DNA of 64,000 bases, taken from assembly GCA_963666275.2 (NCBI GenBank), contig CAXXOA010000001.1, positions 1,888,001 to 1,952,000 on the forward strand. The letters are read 5' to 3'. This DNA is from Oceanispirochaeta sp. (GTDB lineage Bacteria > Spirochaetota > Spirochaetia > DSM-2461). The position numbers were made by a program, and so were the translations under genes. Under the pieces are notes generated by a model that searched no databases, was not told the DNA's origin, and saw nothing but the letters and a program-made list of their open reading frames with translations. Below, piece after piece: positions 46,051 through 55,296 of this stretch. Each line of letters opens with the position of its first letter. The first letter of the stretch is position 1.

Positions 46051-47031
46051 TTAAATAAGGTCCTCTAACAATTCCTTTAAATCTGAATTTGAAGCATACT
46101 TCATTATTTGAGTTTTTAAATCGGGACTCATTTTCAGATTTGAATAGAGCATGGGCAGAGATGAAGACAGTTGGTGCGTAAAAAGTTCAATATCCGGAAT
46201 TTTATCCTTTTTCTGAACCAGCAGTATAGAATTTTCAGGGAGTTCCAGTATTTCTGAATCTCTCCCTGACATTGTTTTAAAAACAGACACAATTTCAGAC
46301 TTCATGTTGGAAATTGTTAATCCTTTCTCTACTGATAATAACTTTAAGAGTTCAGAAAGATTCATTTTAATGAGATAAAAATCATTTTGCGGATTCTGGC
46401 TGAATATGGAGACTAATATTTCTGCGATATCCTGACTGGGAGTAATTGAGTTCTGTTCTGAATTTTTAATCAAAGCATTTCGACTTTTAAATAATGGTAA
46501 AGAAACAGCTTTACTGATGGATTCAAAAATGTTTTCCCAGTTCTCGGGAGGAAAACTTTTCCACTCGGTTATAATCAGCAGTGCAATCAGCTCGTCATCT
46601 GCAATAAAGGGAACGCAGAAAAATTCTTCAATCAGTCCATATTCTCTTTTGGAAAAGTATTTTTCCAGAGAAATTTTGTCCGGATTGAACAAAAAAGGGT
46701 GGCCCTGTCTGAGGATTTCATAAAAATCGGTATTTCCAAGGATCTCTTCGTCAAGTCGCATCCTGTTATTTGTGGTGATATCGTATCCGGAGCTGCACAA
46801 ATTATAATAGGCTTTTTTTTCATTTCTATATAATAAAACAGCTTTAACTACCTCAAACTCTTTAATGAGATGGTTAAAAATCTGAGATCCGAAATCTACA
46901 CTTTTATTATAGGAGAGAAGTTTCGCCAGGAAAGCATCTTCATGAACGGCAGATACGCCTGGTTTAGAAAGACTCTCTTCTGATATTTCAGTGATTCCCT
47001 GAGTTTTAACTGCTTTATCAAGTAACCCCAT
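46051..47031 (-). CDS. Hypothetical protein, possibly with a GAF-like domain
   Basis: 326-aa ORF abutting both neighbours. The region GYDITT...FCVPF....LIALLII suggests a GAF-like fold. Confidence 0.65.
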   Translation of the reverse strand: MGLLDKAVKTQGITEISEESLSKPGVSAVHEDAFLAKLLSYNKSVDFGSQIFNHLIKEFEVVKAVLLYRNEKKAYYNLCSSGYDITTNNRMRLDEEILGNTDFYEILRQGHPFLFNPDKISLEKYFSKREYGLIEEFFCVPFIADDELIALLIITEWKSFPPENWENIFESISKAVSLPLFKSRNALIKNSEQNSITPSQDIAEILVSIFSQNPQNDFYLIKMNLSELLKLLSVEKGLTISNMKSEIVSVFKTMSGRDSEILELPENSILLVQKKDKIPDIELFTHQLSSSLPMLYSNLKMSPDLKTQIMKYASNSDLKELLEDLI

Positions 47032-50000
47032 TTAGCTAGAAATACCCAGTTCCTCAAAGATTTTTTTATAGACCTCAAAGTGCTCACTTCTGGCAAATTC
47101 CTGAATTTTTTCTTCAGGAAGTGATTCAAGAAGCTGATCCATATAGGTAAGGATATCTCTTATTTCATCCTTGAGTTCTTTGGGAAGATGCTCAAGGCTT
47201 GTCTGTTTGTCCAACTGGGCTAATGTACTGGCAGAAGGAAGCAGTGATTCGAGTCCTGTAGGCTTTGCCGGATTTTCAGCATTGTCGGAAGAAGTCTTTA
47301 TCTGTTCAACCGGGTTCTGATCTGATGGTTCTTCAATATCCTGTTCAAATTTGAACTCTTCCGGTTCTTCGACTAATTCAATATCCTCAATTTCTTCCAT
47401 ATCTGAAAGTGAATCATCAATTTCCTCAGTGTCTACTTCATCAGCTTCGATTTCATCACTGGATTCGTTGAAATCATCAACATGAGTGAGATCTTCAGAA
47501 TCAGCGGGAAGATCAATTGAAATGTAGTCATCACTCGCATCATCTTCATTGGAATCATCAATGAGTTCTGATAGATTCTCAGTCACGTCATCAGAGATAT
47601 CATCCAGATCAATTTCTATAGGCTCTTCAATTTCTTCCAATTCATCAATGACATCCTGTTCAGCTTCAGACGAATCAGAATCATCCATTCTTGCGAGTGC
47701 TTCCAGAGAATTAAGATCTATATCTTCAGTACCCGGCAACTCCAGATCATCAGAATCAACAAGATCGGTAATAGAATCATTAATCTGATCGGAAATATCC
47801 AGTGTTATTTCTGTTTCAGATTCAATTATTCCAGGCAGATCATCATCTGAAATCTCAAGGCTATCAATATCATCCAGATCAGGAAGGTTGGAATTGTCTA
47901 AACTCATTTCTGTTTCATTCAATTCCTCTTCCAGTTCAGGTAAGCTTATATCTTCAATCTCTTCCAGAGAGTCATCAACCTCATCGCCTGCAGCTGAGAG
48001 GTTATCCTCTTCGATTTCAAGTTCTTCAATATCTAAATCATCGTCAAGATCAACAACTTCACCTTCATCAAAATCATTTTCATTTATTTCTGTAATATCC
48101 AGATCAAAATCAAAAGGCTCTTCCGCATTCTGATCTGAACTCTGAGTCTCGGTAAACTCCGAATCACCCAGCAGTTCATCCAGCGAAACATCTTCTACAT
48201 CCTGAAAAGGCAAATCTTCATCAGGAGAAGTGAAAGAGTCATCGGATTCCAGATCAAATTCATCCAGACTGACTTCTTCTGTGTCTTCAAGTATTTTATC
48301 TATATCAGAAACATCCGAAGGGATTTCTTCACTAACGGCTTCTGAATCTTCTTTTGCCAGATCAATGATAAGTTCCTCATCCGATTCATCAAGATCCTCA
48401 AGGACGACATCTTCAATCTCAGGAATGCTATCCAGATCCATTAAATCAGCATCAAAAGATTCTTCCTCATCCAGAGAGAGTTCTTCCTCATCCAGAGAGA
48501 GTTCTTCCTCATCCAGAGAGAGTTCTTCCTCATCCAGGGAGAGTTCTTCCTCATCAAGGGAGAGTTCTTCCTCATCAAGGGAGAGTTCTTCCTCATCAAG
48601 GGAGAGTTCTTCCTCATCAAGGGAGAGTTCTTCCTCATCCAGTGAGAGTTCTTCCTCATCCAGAGAGAGTTCTTCCTCATCCAGAGAGAGTTCTTCCTCA
48701 TCCAGTGAGAGTTCTTCCTCATCCAGAGAGAGGTCTTCTTCATCCAGGGAAAGGTCTTCTTCATCCAGGGAAAGGTCTTCTTCATCCAGGGAAAGGTCTT
48801 CTTCATCCAGGGAAAGGTCTTCTTCATCCAGGGAAAGGTCTTCTTCATCCAGGGAAAGGTCTTCTTCATCCAGGGAAAGGTCTTCTTTATCCAGGGAAAG
48901 GTCTTCTTCATCCAGGGAAAGGTCTTCTTCATTCAGTGTGAGGTCGTCCTCATCCAGGGAAAGTTCTTCCTCATCCAGAGAAAGATCTTCCTCATCAAGG
49001 GAGAGTTCTTCCTCATCAAGGGAGAGTTCTTCCTCATCAAGGGAGAGTTCTTCCTCATCAAGGGAGAGTTCTTCCTCATCAAGAGAGACTTCTTCTTCAT
49101 CTAGAGAAAGGTCTTCCTCATTCAGGGAGAGTTCTTCTTCATCCAGTGAGAGTTCTTCCTCATCAAGGGAAAAGTCTTCTTCATCCAGAGAAAAAATATC
49201 ATCAATAGGGGAGTTTTCCTCCTCCTGGAGAAAATCTTCTCCACCGGAAAAAAGATCATCCTCTTCATCGGCAAAATCTTCTGCTTCTATGGCATCCGGT
49301 TCTGAAAGAAGGGATAGACCGGGATCTTCTTCACTGAAATCATCAGGAGATTCCTCTCCATCTTCAGAAGTTATTTCAGCTGTATTTATTATATTGTCGA
49401 GTTCATCACCAGTTAAAACAATAGACTCATCATCATCGTCTTCAAAAAAGCCTTTGACTTCAGGCTGAGTCTCTTTCTCTGCAGAATCAAACACGCTCTC
49501 ATTCTCGGTACCTAAAGAAACAGGTCCGGATTTCAATTGAGAACGGATATCCAGAATCTCATCTTTGATTACAGAGAGCTCACTTTCTATTTTTTCAAGA
49601 AGTTTTGTCTGACGTTCAACCAGGTCCATAGAATGATCTGTCTTAGGAACTGAAGTTTCAGGAGCTTTTTCAGGTGAAAATACATCCTCTGATTCTTCAA
49701 GGAAATCACCGGCAGCTTCATTATCTTCCGGAGTATAGTCAGTATCGTCATGACTCCAGTTGTCTAAAACCATATCATCTTCAGGCTGCCAGTTATCTTC
49801 TGACATGGAAATCAGTTCATCTTCTTCTTCGGGAGAAATAAGACCGTCATCAAGATCCTGGATATCATCCAGATTAAAATCTTCGAGGCTGTCCTGATCT
49901 TCAATTTCAAGAGAATCCATGTCACCTAAAAAATCATCTCCCAGATCCAGTTCATCTTCATCCTGATCGAGATTGAGTTCTGAAATATCCATGGAATCCA

Positions 50001-50106
50001 TATCAAAGTCATCGTGTCCATCGGCCTCAGTGGTTTGTAAATCTTTCTTTACCCAGGTGCCGTAATTTTCAAGATCATTGTTTTCGTTATCTAAGTTACT
50101 GGCCAT
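47032..50106 (-). CDS. Very acidic low-complexity protein with a heptad repeat array and a helical C-terminal domain
   Basis: 1024-aa ORF with GGGAGA SD. D/E-rich throughout, with a short coiled coil (LLEKIESELSVIKDEILDIRSQL) and C-terminal LKDEIRDILTYMDQLLESLPEEKIQEFA. Confidence 0.88.
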   Translation of the reverse strand: MASNLDNENNDLENYGTWVKKDLQTTEADGHDDFDMDSMDISELNLDQDEDELDLGDDFLGDMDSLEIEDQDSLEDFNLDDIQDLDDGLISPEEEDELISMSEDNWQPEDDMVLDNWSHDDTDYTPEDNEAAGDFLEESEDVFSPEKAPETSVPKTDHSMDLVERQTKLLEKIESELSVIKDEILDIRSQLKSGPVSLGTENESVFDSAEKETQPEVKGFFEDDDDESIVLTGDELDNIINTAEITSEDGEESPDDFSEEDPGLSLLSEPDAIEAEDFADEEDDLFSGGEDFLQEEENSPIDDIFSLDEEDFSLDEEELSLDEEELSLNEEDLSLDEEEVSLDEEELSLDEEELSLDEEELSLDEEELSLDEEDLSLDEEELSLDEDDLTLNEEDLSLDEEDLSLDKEDLSLDEEDLSLDEEDLSLDEEDLSLDEEDLSLDEEDLSLDEEDLSLDEEDLSLDEEELSLDEEELSLDEEELSLDEEELSLDEEELSLDEEELSLDEEELSLDEEELSLDEEELSLDEEELSLDEEELSLDEEELSLDEEESFDADLMDLDSIPEIEDVVLEDLDESDEELIIDLAKEDSEAVSEEIPSDVSDIDKILEDTEEVSLDEFDLESDDSFTSPDEDLPFQDVEDVSLDELLGDSEFTETQSSDQNAEEPFDFDLDITEINENDFDEGEVVDLDDDLDIEELEIEEDNLSAAGDEVDDSLEEIEDISLPELEEELNETEMSLDNSNLPDLDDIDSLEISDDDLPGIIESETEITLDISDQINDSITDLVDSDDLELPGTEDIDLNSLEALARMDDSDSSEAEQDVIDELEEIEEPIEIDLDDISDDVTENLSELIDDSNEDDASDDYISIDLPADSEDLTHVDDFNESSDEIEADEVDTEEIDDSLSDMEEIEDIELVEEPEEFKFEQDIEEPSDQNPVEQIKTSSDNAENPAKPTGLESLLPSASTLAQLDKQTSLEHLPKELKDEIRDILTYMDQLLESLPEEKIQEFARSEHFEVYKKIFEELGISS
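48460..49194. repeat. Coding minisatellite, 35 x 21 bp, encoding (L/F/V)SLDEE(E/D)
   Basis: 735 bp = 35 units such as TTCTTCCTCATCCAGAGAGAG and GTCTTCTTCATCCAGGGAAAG, with no spacers. Confidence 0.97.
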
Positions 50107-50253
50107 TTAGATCTCCCATCCAAAAAAAAACCTTTAGTTGTCATATCGGCAGAAAAGTATAAATTGTTGAAAACTATATTAATTATTGTCATATTGTAAC
50201 AGAATTGGAAATGAATGTGTTAAGGTTTTTCCCAATATTCCGTAAATCTAAGC

Positions 50254-50694
50254 ATGAAGTTTAGAAGTTTCAAATGGATTTTTTTATCTCTTTTTATTCT
50301 GTACTCCCTCTCTCTGTTCCTATGGGGGGACAGTGGTTTAAATGCAATGAAAAAACAGCTGAATATTGAAAAAGAACTGCACAGAAACCTGAGTGTTCTT
50401 GTTTCAACCAATGAAAAGCTTAATAAGCAGCTGGACTCCTATCGGTATGACCCTGAAACAATTATCATTCAGGCACGGGAACTGGGATACATTCAGGAAG
50501 GGGAGAAGATGCTTTTTGTTAAAGGAATCAGTGATAGCTCTCATGTCCAGAAACCGGGCAATGTTATACTGCCTCAGACACCCAGTGAATCCGGTGAAAA
50601 AATCATCAGAGCATTCTTCTTTATTTCAATGATACTGACAGCTGCTTTTTCGCTTCTCAGAACTCTGAAAGGAACTTTAAACCATAAACACTGA
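50254..50694 (+). CDS. Septum formation initiator family protein (FtsB/DivIC-like)
   Basis: N-terminal TM, G.SGL, coiled coil and ARELGY..EGE motif. Confidence 0.8.
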   Translation: MKFRSFKWIFLSLFILYSLSLFLWGDSGLNAMKKQLNIEKELHRNLSVLVSTNEKLNKQLDSYRYDPETIIIQARELGYIQEGEKMLFVKGISDSSHVQKPGNVILPQTPSESGEKIIRAFFFISMILTAAFSLLRTLKGTLNHKH

Positions 50695-50695
50695 A

Positions 50696-51508
50696 TTACA
50701 GAGTTTTGACTGTGCCGAGATCAGTTTTATTGTCTTTGAATACATCAGGATTGGTCAGATGCTCTCTGTAAAGTCCTTCTCTTTTATAGAGAAGTTCCAG
50801 AGGGACCTGGTAAGCCTGTTCTACAATATCTTTTGTAAGAACAGCTTCAGTTCTCCCGTAGCTGATGGAATGATCCTTGTGAAAAAGAAGTGTCTGATCT
50901 GAATATCTTTTTGAAAGATCAAGCTCATGGATAGAATAGATCAGAGAAAAGTTCCTGCCTGAGGCATAATCTTTCAAATATTCCAGAACAATCTCTTTCC
51001 AGCGGTTCTCCAGAGCAAAAACGGGTTCATCAAGAAGGAGAATCTCTGATCCATAGAGAAGACTGAAGGCAATCAGAATTTTCTGCATCTCCCCCTTGCT
51101 CACGGATTGAACAGGCCTGTCTAATACAGGCTCAAGGCCGAAGACATGGATAAGCTCCTCTACAAGATTATAGGATCCGCTGCTGTGGTTTCCATTCTGA
51201 AAAACAATCTCAAGCAATTCTTTAACAGGTTCCTCTGTCTGAAATTCCATATTCTGATAGACAAAAGAGGCTGTAAGATTCCTCTCTTCCTCCGAACGAA
51301 AGGACAGGGAATCCTTTCCCTGTATAAAAATTTTACCGGAAGAGGGATAAAGACGGCCTCCCGCCAGCAGCATAAATGTTGTTTTACCAGTCCCATTCTG
51401 ACCAACCAGTGATGTGATACCAGGAGCCAGGTCTATACTGAGCCCACTAAAAACCGGTTTATCCCCCTGTTCATAGGAGAAATGTACATCCTGAAATACT
51501 ATTGACAT
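50696..51508 (-). CDS. ABC ATP-binding protein with no adjacent permease
   Basis: GQNGTGKT, variant signature VSKGE, LLLDEP and SIHE motifs. Confidence 0.85.
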   Translation of the reverse strand: MSIVFQDVHFSYEQGDKPVFSGLSIDLAPGITSLVGQNGTGKTTFMLLAGGRLYPSSGKIFIQGKDSLSFRSEEERNLTASFVYQNMEFQTEEPVKELLEIVFQNGNHSSGSYNLVEELIHVFGLEPVLDRPVQSVSKGEMQKILIAFSLLYGSEILLLDEPVFALENRWKEIVLEYLKDYASGRNFSLIYSIHELDLSKRYSDQTLLFHKDHSISYGRTEAVLTKDIVEQAYQVPLELLYKREGLYREHLTNPDVFKDNKTDLGTVKTL

Positions 51509-51527
51509 TGCGTATAAACCTTTTATT

Positions 51528-52496
51528 CTATTTATTTCTGTTAATATATTCTGGAATGGTATTCATAGGAGGCCTTTCCGCCTCGGGAATATTGTACTCC
51601 ACACTCTCAAAAATTTCATCTTTCACCTGAAACTGCCTGAATATGGTTGGTAAATCACCCAGTTCCTGAATCATATTGTACTGAACCAGTCTGTTCAGGA
51701 AAGTCTGGAGTATTCCGAATGACATCTTCCCAAGAGCCCTTGTTGTCTGATTCCTGTGTACACGCTGATCCAGGTCTGTCTGGGCAAAAGCACTCATACC
51801 GTACTGACGGTAAACATCCAGAAGATGAGACGTTTCAACACCATACCCGATGGGAAAAGGAATGGATTCCAGAACCTCTCTCCTGACGGCATATTCGCCG
51901 GAAAGAGGCTGTATGATCGCTGTGAGCTCCGGAAAGAAAAGAGAGAAGAGAGGCCTGGTCAGTATTTCGGTGACTCTCCCGCCTCCTGAAGGACGAATGG
52001 AGTCGGAAAAAGCAAGAGGCCTGTCATAAAAAGCTTTCACATACTGTATCTCCGGTCTCTGAATCAGTGGTCCTACAAGTCCGTAGACAAATCGGGGATG
52101 AATATTCTTTATGTCCGCATCTATGTAGACGATAATATCACCCTTCAGCTGATAGATGGCTTTCCAGAGGTTTTCCCCTTTGCCGCGCATGGGTTCAAGA
52201 TTTGGAAGAATATCCGCAGCAAGATAGGTATCTGCGCCGAAGGAAGCAGCCACTTCAAGAGTTCTGTCTTCTGAACCCGAATCAATAACAGCAAACTCAT
52301 CTATGAGAGGATACCGGTTCATCAGCTCCGATTTGAAAATTACAACTTCTTTTCCAATAGTCTTTTCTTCATTGAGTGTAGGTATACACAGAGAAATCGT
52401 CAGGCCGGATTTCTCCTTTGCTTCAACAAGCTCTTTCAAGTCCTGAAAATCAGAATGATGGTATGTATTGTCCTTAAGCCAGGAATTAATTTTCAC
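51528..52496 (-). CDS. gpgS: Glucosyl-3-phosphoglycerate synthase
   Basis: PTLNEEKTIG, DSGS.D, GKGENLW, DAD, GGGRVTE, QPLSGEYA, GYGVE and RVHRNQ motifs. GTG 52496 follows an AGGGG SD. Confidence 0.88.
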   Translation of the reverse strand: MKINSWLKDNTYHHSDFQDLKELVEAKEKSGLTISLCIPTLNEEKTIGKEVVIFKSELMNRYPLIDEFAVIDSGSEDRTLEVAASFGADTYLAADILPNLEPMRGKGENLWKAIYQLKGDIIVYIDADIKNIHPRFVYGLVGPLIQRPEIQYVKAFYDRPLAFSDSIRPSGGGRVTEILTRPLFSLFFPELTAIIQPLSGEYAVRREVLESIPFPIGYGVETSHLLDVYRQYGMSAFAQTDLDQRVHRNQTTRALGKMSFGILQTFLNRLVQYNMIQELGDLPTIFRQFQVKDEIFESVEYNIPEAERPPMNTIPEYINRNK

Positions 52497-53655
52497 TGCA
52501 GTACCCCTTATCAATGGCTTCAATTAATCCGATCAGCTGGGCCATCCCTTTTTTAATTGGTTCTATATGGATGGATTCATCAAGTTCGCCCATCTGATCC
52601 CCATCGCTCAGGCCAATGGTTATCGCCGGGATTTTCTTATCAATAAAAGCAGAAAGTTCGGAAGTACTGGGAGATAAACGGGGCTTATAGCCCAGTGTCT
52701 CCAGTATGGAACGGCTGGTGGTATTCAGAGGATGGGAAAAGTGGGTTCCTCCGGGAGATCGTCTTGCCATTTCCCGGAATTCAACCATAGATCCCGTCAT
52801 GGATGTCATTTCTTCCGCCAGAGAATGAATTTTACTGGCGAGTTCCGTTACCATTTCATCAGACTCACTGCGTATTTCAAACTTCAGTTCTGCTTTGGTC
52901 GGGAGTGTATTATAGGATTTTCCTCCATGGATAGAACCCAGTACAATGCTGGTTTTGGGCTTATGGGGAAGAGGAATCTCCAGGATTTTGTTTATCAGTT
53001 CATTCATATTGACAATAGCGCTGACCGCATTGAATCTGGTCCAGTCGTACTCGATAGGAACTTCGCAGGTTAGACGCCCCCGGAGCATTCCTATGGAAGT
53101 GTAACTGAGACGACCCAGTTTTACTCCTTCCACACAGACGCCTGCGGTTATCGGCCTTTTAAAGTTATCCATAAAGAATCTCAAACCTTCAATATCTCCA
53201 TGCCCCAGACTCCGTGATGAACCCATAAGAATCAGATTAGACTCAAACTGGATATCCATTTTTTCAAGGATCATCGGCAAAGTGGCAAGAGCAGCCAGTC
53301 CCAGACCGTCGTCACCCACAGCAGGACCGATAACAGCGTCGGGCTGTACCGTTATGGTATGATCAACACTAGTGGGAAAGATTGTATCTAAATGGGCTAC
53401 AATGAGAATATTGCTGTCTCTGGATTTCCCCGGAATTATCCCCAGGGCATTTCCTTTTTCATCTTCCGAACAGTTTTCCAGATTGTATTCTGTAAACCTG
53501 TTCAATAAAAACTGAGTTCGCTCTTTTTCACTGAAAGTGGGAGAAGGTATTTCACTGATCATAATAAGATTTGTCAGTATACTTTCTTTAAACTTTCCCA
53601 GCTCAGTTTCATAATTCGGAAGTCTTTGAAGAACTTCTTCACAGATTCTGTTCAT
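52486..53655 (-). CDS. M20/M28 peptidase-like protein, apparently lacking several catalytic residues
   Basis: EIPSPTFSE, AHLDTIFP, GPAVGDD and a dimerisation domain are present. The EE motif and C-terminal His are not seen. Confidence 0.75.
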   Translation of the reverse strand: MNRICEEVLQRLPNYETELGKFKESILTNLIMISEIPSPTFSEKERTQFLLNRFTEYNLENCSEDEKGNALGIIPGKSRDSNILIVAHLDTIFPTSVDHTITVQPDAVIGPAVGDDGLGLAALATLPMILEKMDIQFESNLILMGSSRSLGHGDIEGLRFFMDNFKRPITAGVCVEGVKLGRLSYTSIGMLRGRLTCEVPIEYDWTRFNAVSAIVNMNELINKILEIPLPHKPKTSIVLGSIHGGKSYNTLPTKAELKFEIRSESDEMVTELASKIHSLAEEMTSMTGSMVEFREMARRSPGGTHFSHPLNTTSRSILETLGYKPRLSPSTSELSAFIDKKIPAITIGLSDGDQMGELDESIHIEPIKKGMAQLIGLIEAIDKGYCSEN

Positions 53656-53866
53656 AAATTTGTCCCTGATTTTTTGTATGGATAGTATTTATTATAAAGA
53701 AAAGTATCATTTCTGCAATGGCAGGAGAATAAAATAAAAATACTGCAAACTTCGATTATTGAAAGCAAAAAACCTGAAAAGATTGTTCACATTCCAATAA
53801 TTTATTAGAATGGAACATAAAACAGGTTTTAAACTCTGCATAAAAACCGTAGATCAGGGGGCTTCT

Positions 53867-55183
53867 GTGAAAAAGAAACTGGACTTTAGAGTCAAAACAA
53901 TAGGGGAGTGCAAGGTAAAATCTCCCATGCCTTTCTCAAATATACAGGGCGACAGCATAGCAAACTTTGTCCGGGATGATCAGTATGTTCTTCATTCCGT
54001 CATAATGGGAGACAACCAGAACTGGGAGAATGTCCACGAGTATGCTCTGGAAATGGCCGGCCCGAGAGAGAACATATATTTTAACCCGGGTCATGTCCAT
54101 GCAGGGATTGTTACCTGCGGCGGACTCTGTCCGGGCCTGAACAATGTAATCCGTGCACTGGTAAGAACATTATGGCTCAGGTACAACGTCAGAAGGATCT
54201 CAGGGATTCAGTACGGATACAAAGGGTTTCTACCGGAATATAATATTCCTACAAAAGCGCTTGATATTGATAATGTTGATGATATTCACAACATGGGAGG
54301 TTCAATTCTCGGTTCAGCCCGGGGGGGAGCCAACGATGTAGAAAGACTGGTGGATGCCATTGAGCAGCTGAATATGAACATGCTATTCACAATCGGAGGA
54401 GACGGAACACAGAGAGCGGCTCTGGAAATCTCAGAAGAAGTAGAGAGAAGAGGTCTTAAGATTGCCATTGTTGGTATTCCCAAAACGATAGATAACGACT
54501 TGAGTTTTATGGATAAATCCTTTGGCTTTGATACGGCTGTATTTAAAGCGGAACAGGCGGTTCATGCAGCCCATGTGGAAGCGAAATCCGCTATTGACGG
54601 TATCGGTCTTGTCAAAGTCATGGGACGGGAATCAGGATTCATTGCAGCCCACACCACACTCGCCACAAGCGATGTGAACTTCTGTCTTATACCGGAAGTC
54701 CCCTTCAAGCTCGATGGAGAACACGGCCTCCTCAAATCCATAGAAGACCGTCTTGACCGGAGAGCTCATGCCGTGATTCTGGTTGCGGAAGGAGCAGGTC
54801 AGGAACTGCTCGAAGCTACCAATGCAACAGACGAAGGGGGCAATAAAAAGCTGGCAGATATCGGTATTTTTCTCAAAGATTCCATAACCGATTATTTCAA
54901 AAAGATTAAAAGGGAAATGAATCTTAAATACATTGATCCCAGCTATATGATCAGGGCCTCTGCAGCGACCCCCAATGATGCGCTCTACTGTGCCCGTCTC
55001 GGAGCCAATGCGGTCCACGCGGCCATGTCAGGACGGACAGGAATGCTTATTTCCGAGTGGAATAATGCGTTTGTCCATATCCCCATTCAGATGGCCGTTT
55101 CAAAAAAGAATAAAGTAGACCCCGAAGGACCGCTGTGGAGAGATGTTCTCGAAGCCACACAGCAGCCTATTACGATGAAATAA
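53867..55183 (+). CDS. pfkA: ATP-dependent 6-phosphofructokinase (long type)
   Basis: VTCGGLCPGLN, GGSILG, IGGDGT, IPKTIDND, VMGRESGFIA and KYIDPSYMIR motifs. GTG 53867 follows an AGGGGG SD. Confidence 0.9.
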   Translation: MKKKLDFRVKTIGECKVKSPMPFSNIQGDSIANFVRDDQYVLHSVIMGDNQNWENVHEYALEMAGPRENIYFNPGHVHAGIVTCGGLCPGLNNVIRALVRTLWLRYNVRRISGIQYGYKGFLPEYNIPTKALDIDNVDDIHNMGGSILGSARGGANDVERLVDAIEQLNMNMLFTIGGDGTQRAALEISEEVERRGLKIAIVGIPKTIDNDLSFMDKSFGFDTAVFKAEQAVHAAHVEAKSAIDGIGLVKVMGRESGFIAAHTTLATSDVNFCLIPEVPFKLDGEHGLLKSIEDRLDRRAHAVILVAEGAGQELLEATNATDEGGNKKLADIGIFLKDSITDYFKKIKREMNLKYIDPSYMIRASAATPNDALYCARLGANAVHAAMSGRTGMLISEWNNAFVHIPIQMAVSKKNKVDPEGPLWRDVLEATQQPITMK

Positions 55184-55203
55184 AATTCCACTTTAGTTTC
55201 TAT

Positions 55204-55236
55204 AAAAGCCGCCGTCTACTGCACGGCGGCTTTTTT
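55204..55236 (+). terminator. pfk terminator
   Basis: AAAAGCCGCCGT/ACGGCGGCTTTT stem followed by a T run. Confidence 0.85.
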
Positions 55237-55240
55237 CTGG

Positions 55241-55272
55241 CAAAAAATAACCTGCCGTTGCCGGCAGGTTAT
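55241..55272 (-). terminator. greA terminator
   Basis: ATAACCTGCCG/CGGCAGGTTAT stem followed by a T run on the minus strand. Confidence 0.8.
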
Positions 55273-55296
55273 ATATTTTACAATTATCTATGCTAT

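Noticed and set aside
48460..49194. Repeat array considered as a CRISPR
   Set aside because: Units are contiguous with no unique spacers, are in frame within a CDS, and no cas genes are present.
48230..49468. 412-aa Ser/Arg-rich ORF on the + strand, plus other short repeat ORFs at 48441-48941
   Set aside because: Antisense or alternate-frame shadows of the 21-bp coding repeat. The minus-strand 1024-aa ORF has an SD and operon context.
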